A stretch of 64,000 bases of DNA from Paragordius varius (Eukaryota > Animalia > Nematomorpha). The stretch covers positions 9,114,001 through 9,178,000 of the forward strand of contig OZ176051.1 in assembly GCA_964247055.1 (NCBI GenBank), read 5' to 3'. The notes under the pieces were generated by a model that made no database searches, was not told where the DNA came from, and worked only from the letters and a program-made list of their open reading frames with translations. Position 1 is the first letter of the stretch, and the number at the start of each line of letters is the position of its first letter. Positions 1-39,170 of this stretch are shown one piece after another. A program made the position numbers and the translations under genes.

Positions 1-288
1 TAATTTACATTATAAATTTTATATTATGAAACCTAACAATATAATATATATATCTTGTAGTTTAAATTGCGATTGAATTATTATATCAATTAAGCATAAA
101 AGGTATTTGTTTAGTCTGGACTAAAACCTATCGATAAATAAAAAGAGCCAATCAGTACTCTACACATAATAGATTAAAAGAAAATGTATACATGTAAACA
201 CAACAATTTTTTTTAGAACTCACAAAACATCCACTCTTTATTTTATTATTTTTATTAATTTTTTTTCATCAAAATTTTATCAACAAGT

Positions 289-369
289 ATGTGGATCTTT
301 CTTGTATTAATAATTATAACCCGATTTATTTTGGGAAAAGCGATTTGCATACTACTCATTTTGTTTTGA
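289..369 (+). pseudogene. Truncated duplicate of micro-exon gene exon 1 (26-aa hydrophobic ORF)
   Basis: ATG 289 reads MWIFLVLIIITRFILGKAICILLILF*. The first 13 codons match exon 1 at 7367 (one M>I change), then the sequence diverges with no GTATGT donor. Confidence 0.75.
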
Positions 370-1625
370 GTCCATTTGCAAATATAATGGGAAGATCGTA
401 CAAAATAACATTTATTTTTAATTGATTATTATCATTACATTCGAAAAAACTATTAATAAAATAATTTTTTATATTATTTTATGGTGAACAACCTTTAGGG
501 TTTGAAGGAAGATTTTAAGATTAATATTTAATTAATAACTCTAAGGTATTTTCTAGAATCAAATTTTTTTGCAAGTTCCCGAAATTGATATAATTAGCAT
601 ATTATATGTCATGTTAAGTTTTTCTAAAAATTATCCTCTTTTGTATCTACCCAATTTGAATAGGTTAAATAGCCAAAATTTATCAAATAAAAATTTATTA
701 ACAAAGGTTTTAATTACATATAAAGCCTAAACATACATATATAGTTTCCAAAATAATTTTCTCCATGTTTTAAAATCTGTCAAGTGTACACCACATTTAC
801 AAAATCCACAAGTTAACTTGATCATATGATTTTTATCACCTCCGAATCAAGTTTTATTGCTTGACTTAAGTCATCTAATGTTAAATTTTTTGATCATATG
901 AAGCAAGCAAGCCATGACTGAAAAAAAACTTAGTTAAAAATTATTTTATCACCCCACGCAATGTTTTAGTCTATGTACTAATTGTTGCGACCAGAGTTCT
1001 TCTAAATCAACATTAGTTATGTATTTTAATAAATGGTTTTTCGTAATACTTGATGGCCTATGATAGTCACCCCAATCCGTAAATAGAGATAAAAATATTT
1101 GCATGTTTAATTGATGAATCAATTAAATACTTAATAATCATACCTGCCCGCGTGAAAGGTTGGCTACCACTGCCTTATAGAGTTCATACTGGACTATGTA
1201 TTTTTCCGAAGATACGATTTTTTAGAAAAACTGGCATAAACTCAGAAGCAATAATTTAGATAATCAATCTATAATATATTCCATCTTAAAATATTCCACA
1301 CTCTACTCCTTATTAATAATAATAATTGTGTCAAGTTTTTGAGTTTGTCATTGCATAACAAAATTATTATAATAAGACATTTGTTTAAGACATCGAAACC
1401 ATTTTTCATATGTACTCCTCATATAAGCTGTTATTTTTATACAACTGTTTTTAAAAGAAAATTTAAATATAATTTGCTTTAATTAAAAAAATCATTAATA
1501 AATTTTTAAAAATGTGAACTGTACCCTAAAACATATTTTTTGATCCTTTTTATTTGCAACTTACTACGACCCATACTGGTTCCGGTTTCACCACCAAAAT
1601 CAGTGGTTCCCATATGTATTATTAA

Positions 1626-2153
1626 CACTTTGATTCAAATTGGGGTGTCTAAAGACCTGAGATCACTTTCAAGTTGATATTTTTATAAAAAATAGTGAAA
1701 GAACGGTTGCATTTTGTAAACCGATGCTTCTATCTTTATAAAAATTACATAAATAAGCCAAAATTACTGAATAAAATTTGGTTTTAAAAACAAAGTTCCA
1801 TATCATAGTACTTCGCTATTTTTATCTTACGACATTTTTTCAAAATATCTTGTATATTTGATTCTAACGCTAGCATTAATTTGATCACTTATAACACTGA
1901 TATAAACAGTAAAAAGCTGCATCATTTTTTATATTTAACAAATGACATATCATATGTACCAAATTATTACCTTGAAGTTTATCCATAATCTCAAGCTTTT
2001 TTAAATGAATATTTTTTTATATTTCTAATGCTATATTATAAAAAAGCAAATTTTTGTAATGGTTTCAGTTTCTCCATATTTTTAAATATTAAACAGGCCT
2101 GGGGTCCCCAAAGACCGATTGGAGGACGGAAATGAATGCGTTGTATCCAAGTG
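1626..2153 (-). mobile_element. piggyBac-type non-autonomous element (MITE), copy 1
   Basis: TTAA at 1622-1625 and 2154-2157. Ends CACTTTGATTCAAATTGGGG and GTTGTATCCAAGTG. Internal sequence is shared with copies at 50.6-54.6 kb and 61.7 kb. Confidence 0.85.
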
Positions 2154-2479
2154 TTAATTATAAAAATTTATAGTACAAATTATTATTTAAATTTGCAAAA
2201 TGACCACCATAATTAAATATTGTTGTATATAAATTATTTTTTCTATCAAATGATGTTATGATAACTTTGTTTTTTTGTATGCTATAGAAATGAAATTTCT
2301 GTTGACATTTTTCATCTAAAAGCTTATTATTTATTAAAAAAATCACTCCTGATAAAAAACCATAAACTATATAGTGTAGTATTATAGCTTATGTTAAGGA
2401 AAAATACGATAAATTATCCAGACTATGCCTTGTTAAATTTGTGACTGTAAAATTTTAAAGTTACTTAAGCTAATTCTAC

Positions 2480-3510
2480 CATAAATTTTTACTACTAAAC
2501 CATATACTATACAGTCTATAACCAATTATTCATAACAGAAACACTATATATAGGTGGTATTCAACTCGCACCCCAGGGGCTGTATGTAGAAGATTTTAAA
2601 CTGATTTTTTATGGCCATATAATTTCAAAATCAACATATCATTATGTAAGTTTATATTAGCAGGAATTGCGGCTTATCACATCATAATAGGTATAAATTT
2701 AGTGCCAATAATTAAAAAACAAGGATATCGCCATTTATATAATGTGATACTTAATTTACCGTACTCATATATGCTTCAAAGCCAAGTATTAAGTATAAAT
2801 ATACGCTACATATACATCTATATATTTATAAAAATGGAAAATGCTGGCTTTGTGATCTGGTACAGGAAAACCGGTAGATACATTCAAATCCAAATATCGA
2901 AAAAATATAATCATTAATTAATGTCTCGACAATAGCTTCGCCCTTTTTTGGAATTAGGTCCCCAGTTCGGGCCCACCCCGTGTGAAAAATGGGTTAAGTC
3001 AATTTTTTAGAGAACGTGTTAGACCATTCAATTTCAAATATGATTTTTGTTTACTTATTTTTGATCGCGCTGAACAAGGTCGACTCACTTTTTTGATTTA
3101 GGCCCTCTTTTTACCCGCTACCCCCTAAAATGTCACCTTTTTCAAAAAAAACAAAGTCCAAAAAATTAATTTTTTACTAAACCATATACTATACCGTCCA
3201 TAACCAATTATCCCTAACAGAAACACTATATATAGGTGGTATTCAACTGGCCAGGGGCTGTATGTAGAAGATTTTAAACTGATTTCTTATGGCCATAAAA
3301 TTTCAAAAATATTAAAATTTCATTATGTAAGGTTATATTAGCAGGAATTGCGGCTCATCACATCATAATAGGTATAAATTTAGTGCCAATAATTAAAAAA
3401 CAAGGATATCGCCATTTATATAATGTGATACTTAATTTACCGTACTCATATATGCTTCACAGCCAAGTATTAGGTATTAATATACGCTATATCTATATAT
3501 ATTTATATTT
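2480..3510. repeat. ~340-bp direct repeat pair inside tandem unit 1
   Basis: The block accatatactata...ggtggtattcaact...aggggctgtatgtagaag...gccaagtatta occurs at ~2500-2830 and ~3180-3510. It occurs only once (~6490-6830) in unit 2. Confidence 0.85.
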
Positions 3511-4286
3511 TCTCCAAACCTAATACCAAAGCCAGGAAATTCTCTGAGCTTTTGGCACTCGGCTGTCCGAAAAAGGTACCAAATATGTAATATTTAATAC
3601 AGAAGTCTTCCACCAAATAACAATTATTTACATTCGTTTGACCATATAATTAAGCCTGAATTTTCTTATAGTTATAATATGTTATAATCATAGCAACCTG
3701 ATGTCGTGAAGAAATTTGGATAAAAACCACTTATTATGAAAAACAATTAATGAAAAATAAGCAACCAAAATAGAATAGGTTTTAAATATTAAAAACAGGT
3801 TCCGAAACTGTTAATATTTTTAAGGTAGCAACTCGGTTTCGGTTCCCCTTTTTCGAACTAGTTCCATGAATTCTAATTTAAATTAACTTCTTAACAATAC
3901 AATTAATTTACAAAAGTTTTTAGGATGAAAGCATTCAAATTAGATAACCATTTATATATTCATATCAAATAATCGATCAATATACCATTATAGTTATATA
4001 ATTTACATTATAAATTTTATATTATGAAACCTAACATTATAATATATATATCTTGTAGTTTAAATTGCGATTGAATTATTATATCAATTAAGCATAAAAG
4101 GTATTTGTTTAGTCTGGACTAAAACCTATCGATAAATAAAAAGAGCCAATCAGTACTCTACACATAATAGATTAAAAGAAAATGTATACATGTAAACACA
4201 ACAATTTTTTTTAGAACTCACAAAACATCCACTCTTTATTTTATTATTTTTATTAATTTTTTTCCATCAAAATTTTATCAACAAGT

Positions 4287-4367
4287 ATGTGGATCTTTCT
4301 TGTATTAATAATTATAACCCGATTTATTTTGGGAAAAGCGATTTGCATACTACTCATTTTGTTTTGA
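4287..4367 (+). pseudogene. Second truncated duplicate of micro-exon gene exon 1
   Basis: Same sequence as 289-369, in the second tandem unit. Confidence 0.75.
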
Positions 4368-5621
4368 GTCCATTTGCAAATATAATGGGAAGATCGTACA
4401 AAATAACATTTATTTTTAATTGATTATTATCATTACATTCGAAAAAACTATTAATAAAATAATTTTTTATATTAGTTTATGGTGAACAACCTTTAGGGTT
4501 TGAAGGAAGATTTTAAGATTAATATTTAATTAATAACTCTAAGGTAATTTCTAGAATCAAATTTTTTTGCAAGTTCCCGAAATTGATATAATTAGCATAT
4601 TATATGTTATGTTAAGTTTTTCTAAAAATTATCCTCTTTTGTATCTACCCAATTTGAATAGGTTAAATAGCCAAAATTTATCAAATAAAAATTTATTAAC
4701 AAAGGTTTTAATTACATATAAAGCCTAAACATACATATATAGTTTCCAAAATAAATTTCTCCATGTTTTAAAATCTGTCAAGTGTACACCACATTTACAA
4801 AATCCACAAGTTTACTTGATCATATGATTTTATCACCTCCGAATCAAGTTTTATTGCTTGACTTAAGTCATCTAATGTTAAATTTTTTGATCATATGAAG
4901 CAGGCAAGCCATGACTGAAAAAACTTAGTTAAAAATTATTTTATCACCCCACGCAATGTTTTAGTCTATGTACTAATTGTTGCGACCAGAGTTCTTCTAA
5001 ATCAACATTAGTTATGTATTTTAATAAATGGTTTTTCGTAATACTTGATGGCCTATGATAGTCACCCCAATCCGTAAATAGAGATAAAAATATTTGCATG
5101 TTTAATTGATGAATCAATTAAATACTTAATAATCATACCTGCCCGCGTGAAAGGTTGACTACCCCTGCCTTATAGAGTTCATACTGGACTATGTATTTTT
5201 CCGAAGATACGATTTTTTAAAAAAACTGGCATAAACTCAGAAGCAATCATTTAGATAATCAATCTATAATATATTCCATCTTAAAATATTCCACACTCTA
5301 CTCCTTATTAATAATAATAATTGTGTCAAGTTTTTGAGTTTGTCATTGCATAACAAAATTATTATAATAAGACATTTGTTTAACACATCGAAACCATTTT
5401 TCATATGTACTCCTCATATAAGCTGTTATTTTTATACAACTGTTTTTAAAAGAAAATTTAAATATAATTTGTTTTAATTAAAAAAAATCATTAATAAATT
5501 TTTAAAAATGTGAACTGTACCCTAAAACATATTTTTTGATCCTTTTCATTTGCAACTTACTACGACCCATACTGGTTCCGGTTTCACCACCAAAATAAGT
5601 GGTTCTCATATGTATTATTAA

Positions 5622-6146
5622 CACTTTGATTAAAATTGGGGTGTCTAAAGACCTGAGATCACTTTCAAGTTGATATTTTTTAAAAAATAGTGAAAGAACG
5701 GTTGCATTTTGTAAACCGATGCTTCTATCTTTATAAAAATTACATAAATAAACCAAAATTACTGAATAAAATTTGGTTTTAAACAAAAATCCATATCATA
5801 GTACATCGCTATTTTTATCTTACGACATTTTTTCAAAATATCTTGTATATTTGATTCTAACGCTAGCATTAATTTGATCACTTATAACATTGATATAAAC
5901 AGAAAAAAGCTGCATCATTTTTTATATTTAACAAAGGACATATCATATGTACCAAATTATTACCTTGAGGTTTATCCATAATCTCAAGCTTTTTTAAATG
6001 AATATTTTTTTATATTTCTAATGCTATATTAAAAAAGCAAATTTTTGTAATGGTTTCAGTTTCTCCATTTTTTTTAAAATATTAAACAGGCCTGGGGTCC
6101 CCAAAGACCGATTGGAGGACGGAAATGAATGCGTTGTATCCAAGTG
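5622..6146 (-). mobile_element. piggyBac-type MITE, copy 2 (co-duplicated with the tandem unit)
   Basis: TTAA 5618-5621 and 6147-6150; near-identical to 1626-2153. Confidence 0.85.
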
Positions 6147-7366
6147 TTAATTATAAAAATTTATAGTACAAATTATTATTTAAATTTGCAAAATGACCAC
6201 CATAATTAAATATTGTTGTATACAAATTATTTTTTCTATGAAATGATATTATGATAACTTTGTTTTTTTGTATGCTATAGAAATGAAATTTCTGTTGACA
6301 TTTTTCATCTTAAAGCTTATTATTTATTAAAAAAATCACTCCTGATAAAAAACCATAAACTATATAGTGTAGTATTATAGCTTATGTTAAGGAAAAATAC
6401 GATAAATTATCCAGACTATGCCTTGTTAAATTTGTAACTGTAAAATTTAAAGTTACTTTAACTAATTCTACCATAAATTTTTACTACTAAACCATATACT
6501 ATACCATCCATAACCAATATCCATAACAGAAACACTATTATAGGTGGTACTCAACTCGCACCCCAGGGGCTGTATGTAGAAGATTTTAAACTGATGTTTT
6601 ATGGCCATAAAATTTCAAAATCAACATATCATTATGTAAGTTTATATTAGTAGGAATTGCGGCTTATCACATCATAATAGGTATAAATTTAGTGCCAATA
6701 ATTAAAAAAACAAGGATATTGCCATTTATATAATGTGATACTTAATTTACCGTACTCATATATGCTTCACCGCCAAGTATTAGGTATTAATATACGCTAC
6801 ATATACATATATATATTTTCTCCAAACCTAAAACCAAGCGCCTAATATTATATTAGCCAGGAAATTATCTGAGTTGGCACTCGGCTGTCCGAAAAAGGTA
6901 CCAAATATGTAATATCCTTTTACGAACTAGTTTCTAGCCATGAATTCTAATTTAAATTAACTTCTTAACAATACAATTAATTTAGAATATAAAGTTTTGA
7001 GGATGAAAGCATTCAAATTAGACAGACATTTAAATATTCATATCAAATAATCGATCAATATACCATTATAGTTATATAATATACATTATAAATTTTACAT
7101 TATCGAACCTAACAATATAATATATATATATCTTGTAGTTTAAATTGCGATTGAATTATTATATCAATTAAGCATAAAAGGTATTTGTTTAGTCTGGACT
7201 AAAACCTATCGATAAATAAAAAGAGCCAATCAGTACTCTACACATAAAAAATTAAAAGAAAATGTATAGATGTAAACACAACAATTTTTTGTAGAACTCA
7301 CAAAACATCCACTCTTCATTTTATTATTTTTATTAATTTTTTTCATTCAAAATTTTATATACAAGT

Positions 7367-34472
<27,106 letters not shown>

Positions 34473-34723
34473 ATTTATCGTATTATGAATTGATAGGTTA
34501 ACAAAAAATAAATTGTGAGCATTTATTATTTTATTTAATTTCTGATTCAAGTGTGCCGTAATTCTAGTTCCCTAATTCCGTAAAACAAACGAGAAATTTA
34601 TTAGATTTTATTTATATCGAATATTGGTTAACTGTCTTTCATTTTCAATAATGATTAATTTAAAACATTTAAGGTTTACTAGATTCTTATTAAATATATA
34701 AAATCAAACTCATCTTAGACAAT

Positions 34724-36256
34724 GGGCCTGCTGAATAAAAACAAGCACCTACTGGGTAATAGGTGCTTGATAGTATGTACCATTTTTTGAAAAAACATTG
34801 AATAAAAATAGGTACTTACTATCATGTACGTTCTTAAGTCTTTAGTATGTGTAAAATGTTTATTTTCATTTTGTTTTTTGTTAGTTTTCGATTTCATTCA
34901 TAAAATGCGTTTGAAAAATTCATAATGAAAAACTTTTGGAAAATAAATATCGATTAACTACCCATATTTTTAAATAAGGCATTTATTAATACACATTTAT
35001 TCATAAATACACAAAAAATAAATCAAAATAATGTATGAACAATTGAATCTCGTTTCATTTTGCCAGCCTTGAGTATTTGGGTCAGATCAATATTTGCTTC
35101 ACAATCCTCCACATATTCAATATCAATATATGAATTACTATCAAAATCTGTTAAGGGTTCGTTAATATATTTGGATACATTATGTAATATGGAACATGTT
35201 AATATAAGTTTTGGGATTCGTTCTAGACTTAAACGAATTTCGTTACCAAGTATAGGAAATCGGGTCTTCATCTGACCGAAAACCCGCGCTCGATAATGCT
35301 TCTTTCAGAACAATGTAATCTATTAAATTTTTTTTCTCGTTATCGATCATCGTATTTTTGAAGTGGATTAGGAGCCAGGGTGATATTGGATATCCATTAT
35401 CACCTAACAAACAGAAATCATTTTGTTTGCACATATATGACTAACAATCGTGTTTCGCCATATCCTTGAATCATGTACATGGCCATTGTGCATCTACGGA
35501 TGTAATTTCTGCATTGGCATTACATGTAAATTGTACATTGAGGGTACATCGACCCTTTCTATTTATATAGGCCTCAACATTTTTAGGTCTTAATATTTCT
35601 GAGTATGAACAATCAATGCAACCAATAGCAGTTGGCATTTTATATTTGGATAGCCATAATTTATTCGCCATATCAAGCTCTTCAATGACTTGGGAATTTT
35701 TACCCAATGAGATTTTGATACTATTTCGTCCATAACTTTAGGTATAATTTGCATAATGTGGAACTATGAACATTAAAATCATGTTCTATACCCGCTTGAT
35801 ATCCCGGATCTCCAAGAAATCTTAACACAAAATGTAGAATTATGATATTATAAATACCTCCATTTGCATCCTGGGAGTTAATTTCCTTAAAGATATATTT
35901 AATTTTAAACCAAAATATGAAAAGGTCATTTTATCTTGGTCATAACTCGAATTTGAATAATCGGTGGTTTTTTATATAGAAAATAGCTTCATTCAAAAAT
36001 ATTCACTCAAATATATAAAATTTAAATGTTTATAAAATAAAATTAAGGTCATTATAAAGTATATAAACTTAAATATTATACACAAAAATGAAATAATCGA
36101 AGAAAATGATATGATTGTGGACATTCTCGAAAAAAAACCAATATTTTTTAACAAAAGTAATAATCTCTGCTAATTGAACTCACAAAGCTTAAAATAGAGA
36201 AGGAAAAAAATTATTATTAATAATAAAACAAATAATATTTAATTAATATATTAATA

Positions 36257-36287
<31 letters not shown>

Positions 36288-36579
36288 GAATCATGTAATT
36301 TAAAAAACATTTATCTTAGGAATTTTATAAAACTATAACCGATATTATTTTAGGTGAAAAAATAATAGTTTTAAAATGCCATTTACCAGCTTAAAAAACC
36401 AGTAAGTACTAGGTAAAATTTGTAAAAAGACAATTTTTATTCAATGATATTTGTCAGTAAATACTGGTAAACATAGAACGTACTGGATAGTAAAAGCAAT
36501 ATATTTTTTTATTCAATACATAGCTAGTATATACTGGAAACTAGTTTTTAGTATATACTAGCTTTTATTCAGCAGGCCC
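34724..36579 (-). mobile_element. PIF/Harbinger DNA transposon with decayed transposase (1856 bp)
   Basis: Perfect 17-bp TIR GGGCCTGCTGAATAAAA and AAT on both flanks. Minus-strand DDE_Tnp_4/HARBI1-like fragments at ~35020-35900 (AIGCIDCS, YINRKGRCTLNVQFTC, LLGDNGYP, FGQMKTRFPIL, TCSILHN) are split by frameshifts. A possible Myb/MADF-like fragment lies on + at ~36090-36165. Confidence 0.92.
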
Positions 36580-36994
36580 AATTTTCTAGTATACAACATA
36601 GGTGATACTAATGAAAAAAATAATTTGAATAATAGTAAAAAAGATTTAAAAAAACTATGTAAATCACAAATTTGGTTTCGGCAAGGGTCGATAGAAAGTT
36701 AATAAAACAAATACTAATAATATTACAAACATTGGAAAATTAAATAAAATAGTATATAAAATTATATGATTTGAGATTTATAAAATGGTTAAAACTTGTT
36801 TTTTTAACAGCCATTAGATCTCTTCTTGAACAACTTTAAATAACCATGGCATAAGACACGGTTTCATTATTATTAAAAAAGTATCGTAAAACCGGCGCTT
36901 CTCAAAAATTACTTCGAAAACCAGTTATATATGGCTGAGAATGCAGATAAAAGGCGATATAGGCGGTCAAAGATAATATTAATGTCTTTTAACA

Positions 36995-37029
<35 letters not shown>

Positions 37030-39170
37030 TTATTATATAAATTGGTAAAAAATACATATTCGAATCAGTTATACAGGGCTGAATTCGTACACCCATTAAG
37101 TTATAACATTTTCTATTTAAGATCTGTAATCAATACATTTGTGTTTTAATGTATGTATTAAAAGGTTCATAAATTTGAATTTTACGATTATGTTGAATTA
37201 CATTTCCAAATATCGAAAATCGACTCTTTCCCTAATGATTAGTTTTTTTGCGGTGTCTGCCTACATTTGAGGTTGGGTTTGTTTACTTTGCCACTCTACT
37301 TTTCTTAGTAAATTGATTTCATAGTCAATATGAATGATCCAAAAATAAATACCGGTCCGCTTGTTAATTAATTCAGTCATTTATGGTCGTAAGTTGTCTT
37401 CATGATTACAAATGTAAAATAGATGTTGTAACAAATCAATTTTGATAATTTAAAATGCATGAATAACATTTATACTAATTTAATTTGTTAAAACAACAAA
37501 TTTTTCATTTTTAGATAAAACTTAGGCTTAATATTATTGTTGTTCTTTTAAACAATAGTTGATTATTTAATTTAGATGTTGACTGTCATATGTAAACCGG
37601 TTCAGTATAAATCTACTTAAAATATTACGAAAATATTTAATATATTAAAGCCATCCATAAATATGGTGGCTTTTTCATGCAATTTTTTTAGGTTGATATC
37701 CAATTTTCATTCCAAATTTTAACGCGCATATTGTTACAGGGAAACATCTTACCCTTTCTTACATAGTATGCGGAGTAAAGTGATAATGAATTGTATAAAA
37801 TAATCGGACCATATAAAACGTACAAATTTTGCATAGCTATGCGCCATATATGCCGATACTTGCTTTAACGTTTCATTATCTCTCATTTTTGTCCACGATG
37901 ACATATGTTGTGGTTTAGTAACCCAGCTCAATCTTGTAAATAAACTACTGTTTTGAAATTTATTTTAGTTAAAATTGAATTATCAAACATTGTTTTCGTG
38001 TATTATAAAATGCTTTTATTTTTTTACAGTTTTGTGGCTTTTCTAGAAAATAGGACAGCTCCTAACAATATTAAATTGAACAGCTGATTTTAAAACCTAT
38101 AAATTGATGGAATTGAATTATAGCTTATAAATGTTTTACATTTTTTAACCATAATACATATTCAATTCTCTATTGTAAAGAGATTTATAAAATTTATAAA
38201 AAAATGGCGGCGAAAAAATTTGAGATGAGAATTTTTTAATAATTTTACATTTCTTAAAAAAAAAATGTTTGAATTATGCGCTTAAAAGGCTAAAGAACGT
38301 ATATTATTTCGGCCTATTACCTAGATACTTTTAATATATTAAAATTTTAAATCTTTAAAACTACCCCCAAAGGTCTTGAAGTGTTAAATAAAAAATAAAT
38401 AAGGACGTACACATTAAGGCCCCAGTTTGACTACTTAAGGTGTCCGACTGGTACACCAATGTACCTTGCCAGGAATCTCTAAATGGCTATTTTTTATCAT
38501 TATTATGAATGAAAATGCGAATCTTTAGATAACGAATGCGATTAAAGTCATCACCCTTAATTTTGTAAATTCATTGACAATTAACATTTATTAATAAAAT
38601 ATGTTATTTCATATATTTGCCCAATAGTAATTTTACACTGTTAAATAGTCGGTTTCTTATTATGTGCCATATAACAGTTAGTCCTTGGTTAATAAATCAA
38701 TATTTTTGGCTGTTCAAAACTTTCGTAGTTGTGTAACAATCATAGCGAAAAGGACACATCTAGATTATTATAATAAATTATGATATACACTATGTTACAG
38801 TAGGAATTCCATTTTAACAAGGATTCGTTTAAAAGTAATTGGAAATAAAATGGTAGAGGAATTACAAAAAAAATCTATACAAACAAAAAATGTGGATTGT
38901 ATAAAAATATCGATTTTTAGGCAATATTAATTTTTTGTTCAACAGCCAGCTAGTTAGCCACTGTCGTCCAAAATTAGAAAGCAGTTTTTACACTTTGGCT
39001 GAATCCTCTTATAGAAATATTGGAGATTATTAATTTTTCAAATATTACCTATATCACAATGGATTGGGACATAATTTATTTATTTCACATATATATAAAT
39101 ATAATTATTAAACATTTTCCATAAATGACAATAATATATCACACATATTATATTCTATATTGCTTGAATT

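Noticed and set aside
480-1172. Possible hAT MITE ending TTGGCTACCACTG (copy at ~5167)
   Set aside because: Only the right TIR is convincing; no matching left TIR or 8-bp TSD was found.
34715-34897. 60-aa minus-strand ORF as the Harbinger second ORF
   Set aside because: It runs across the TIR and has no Myb/SANT features.
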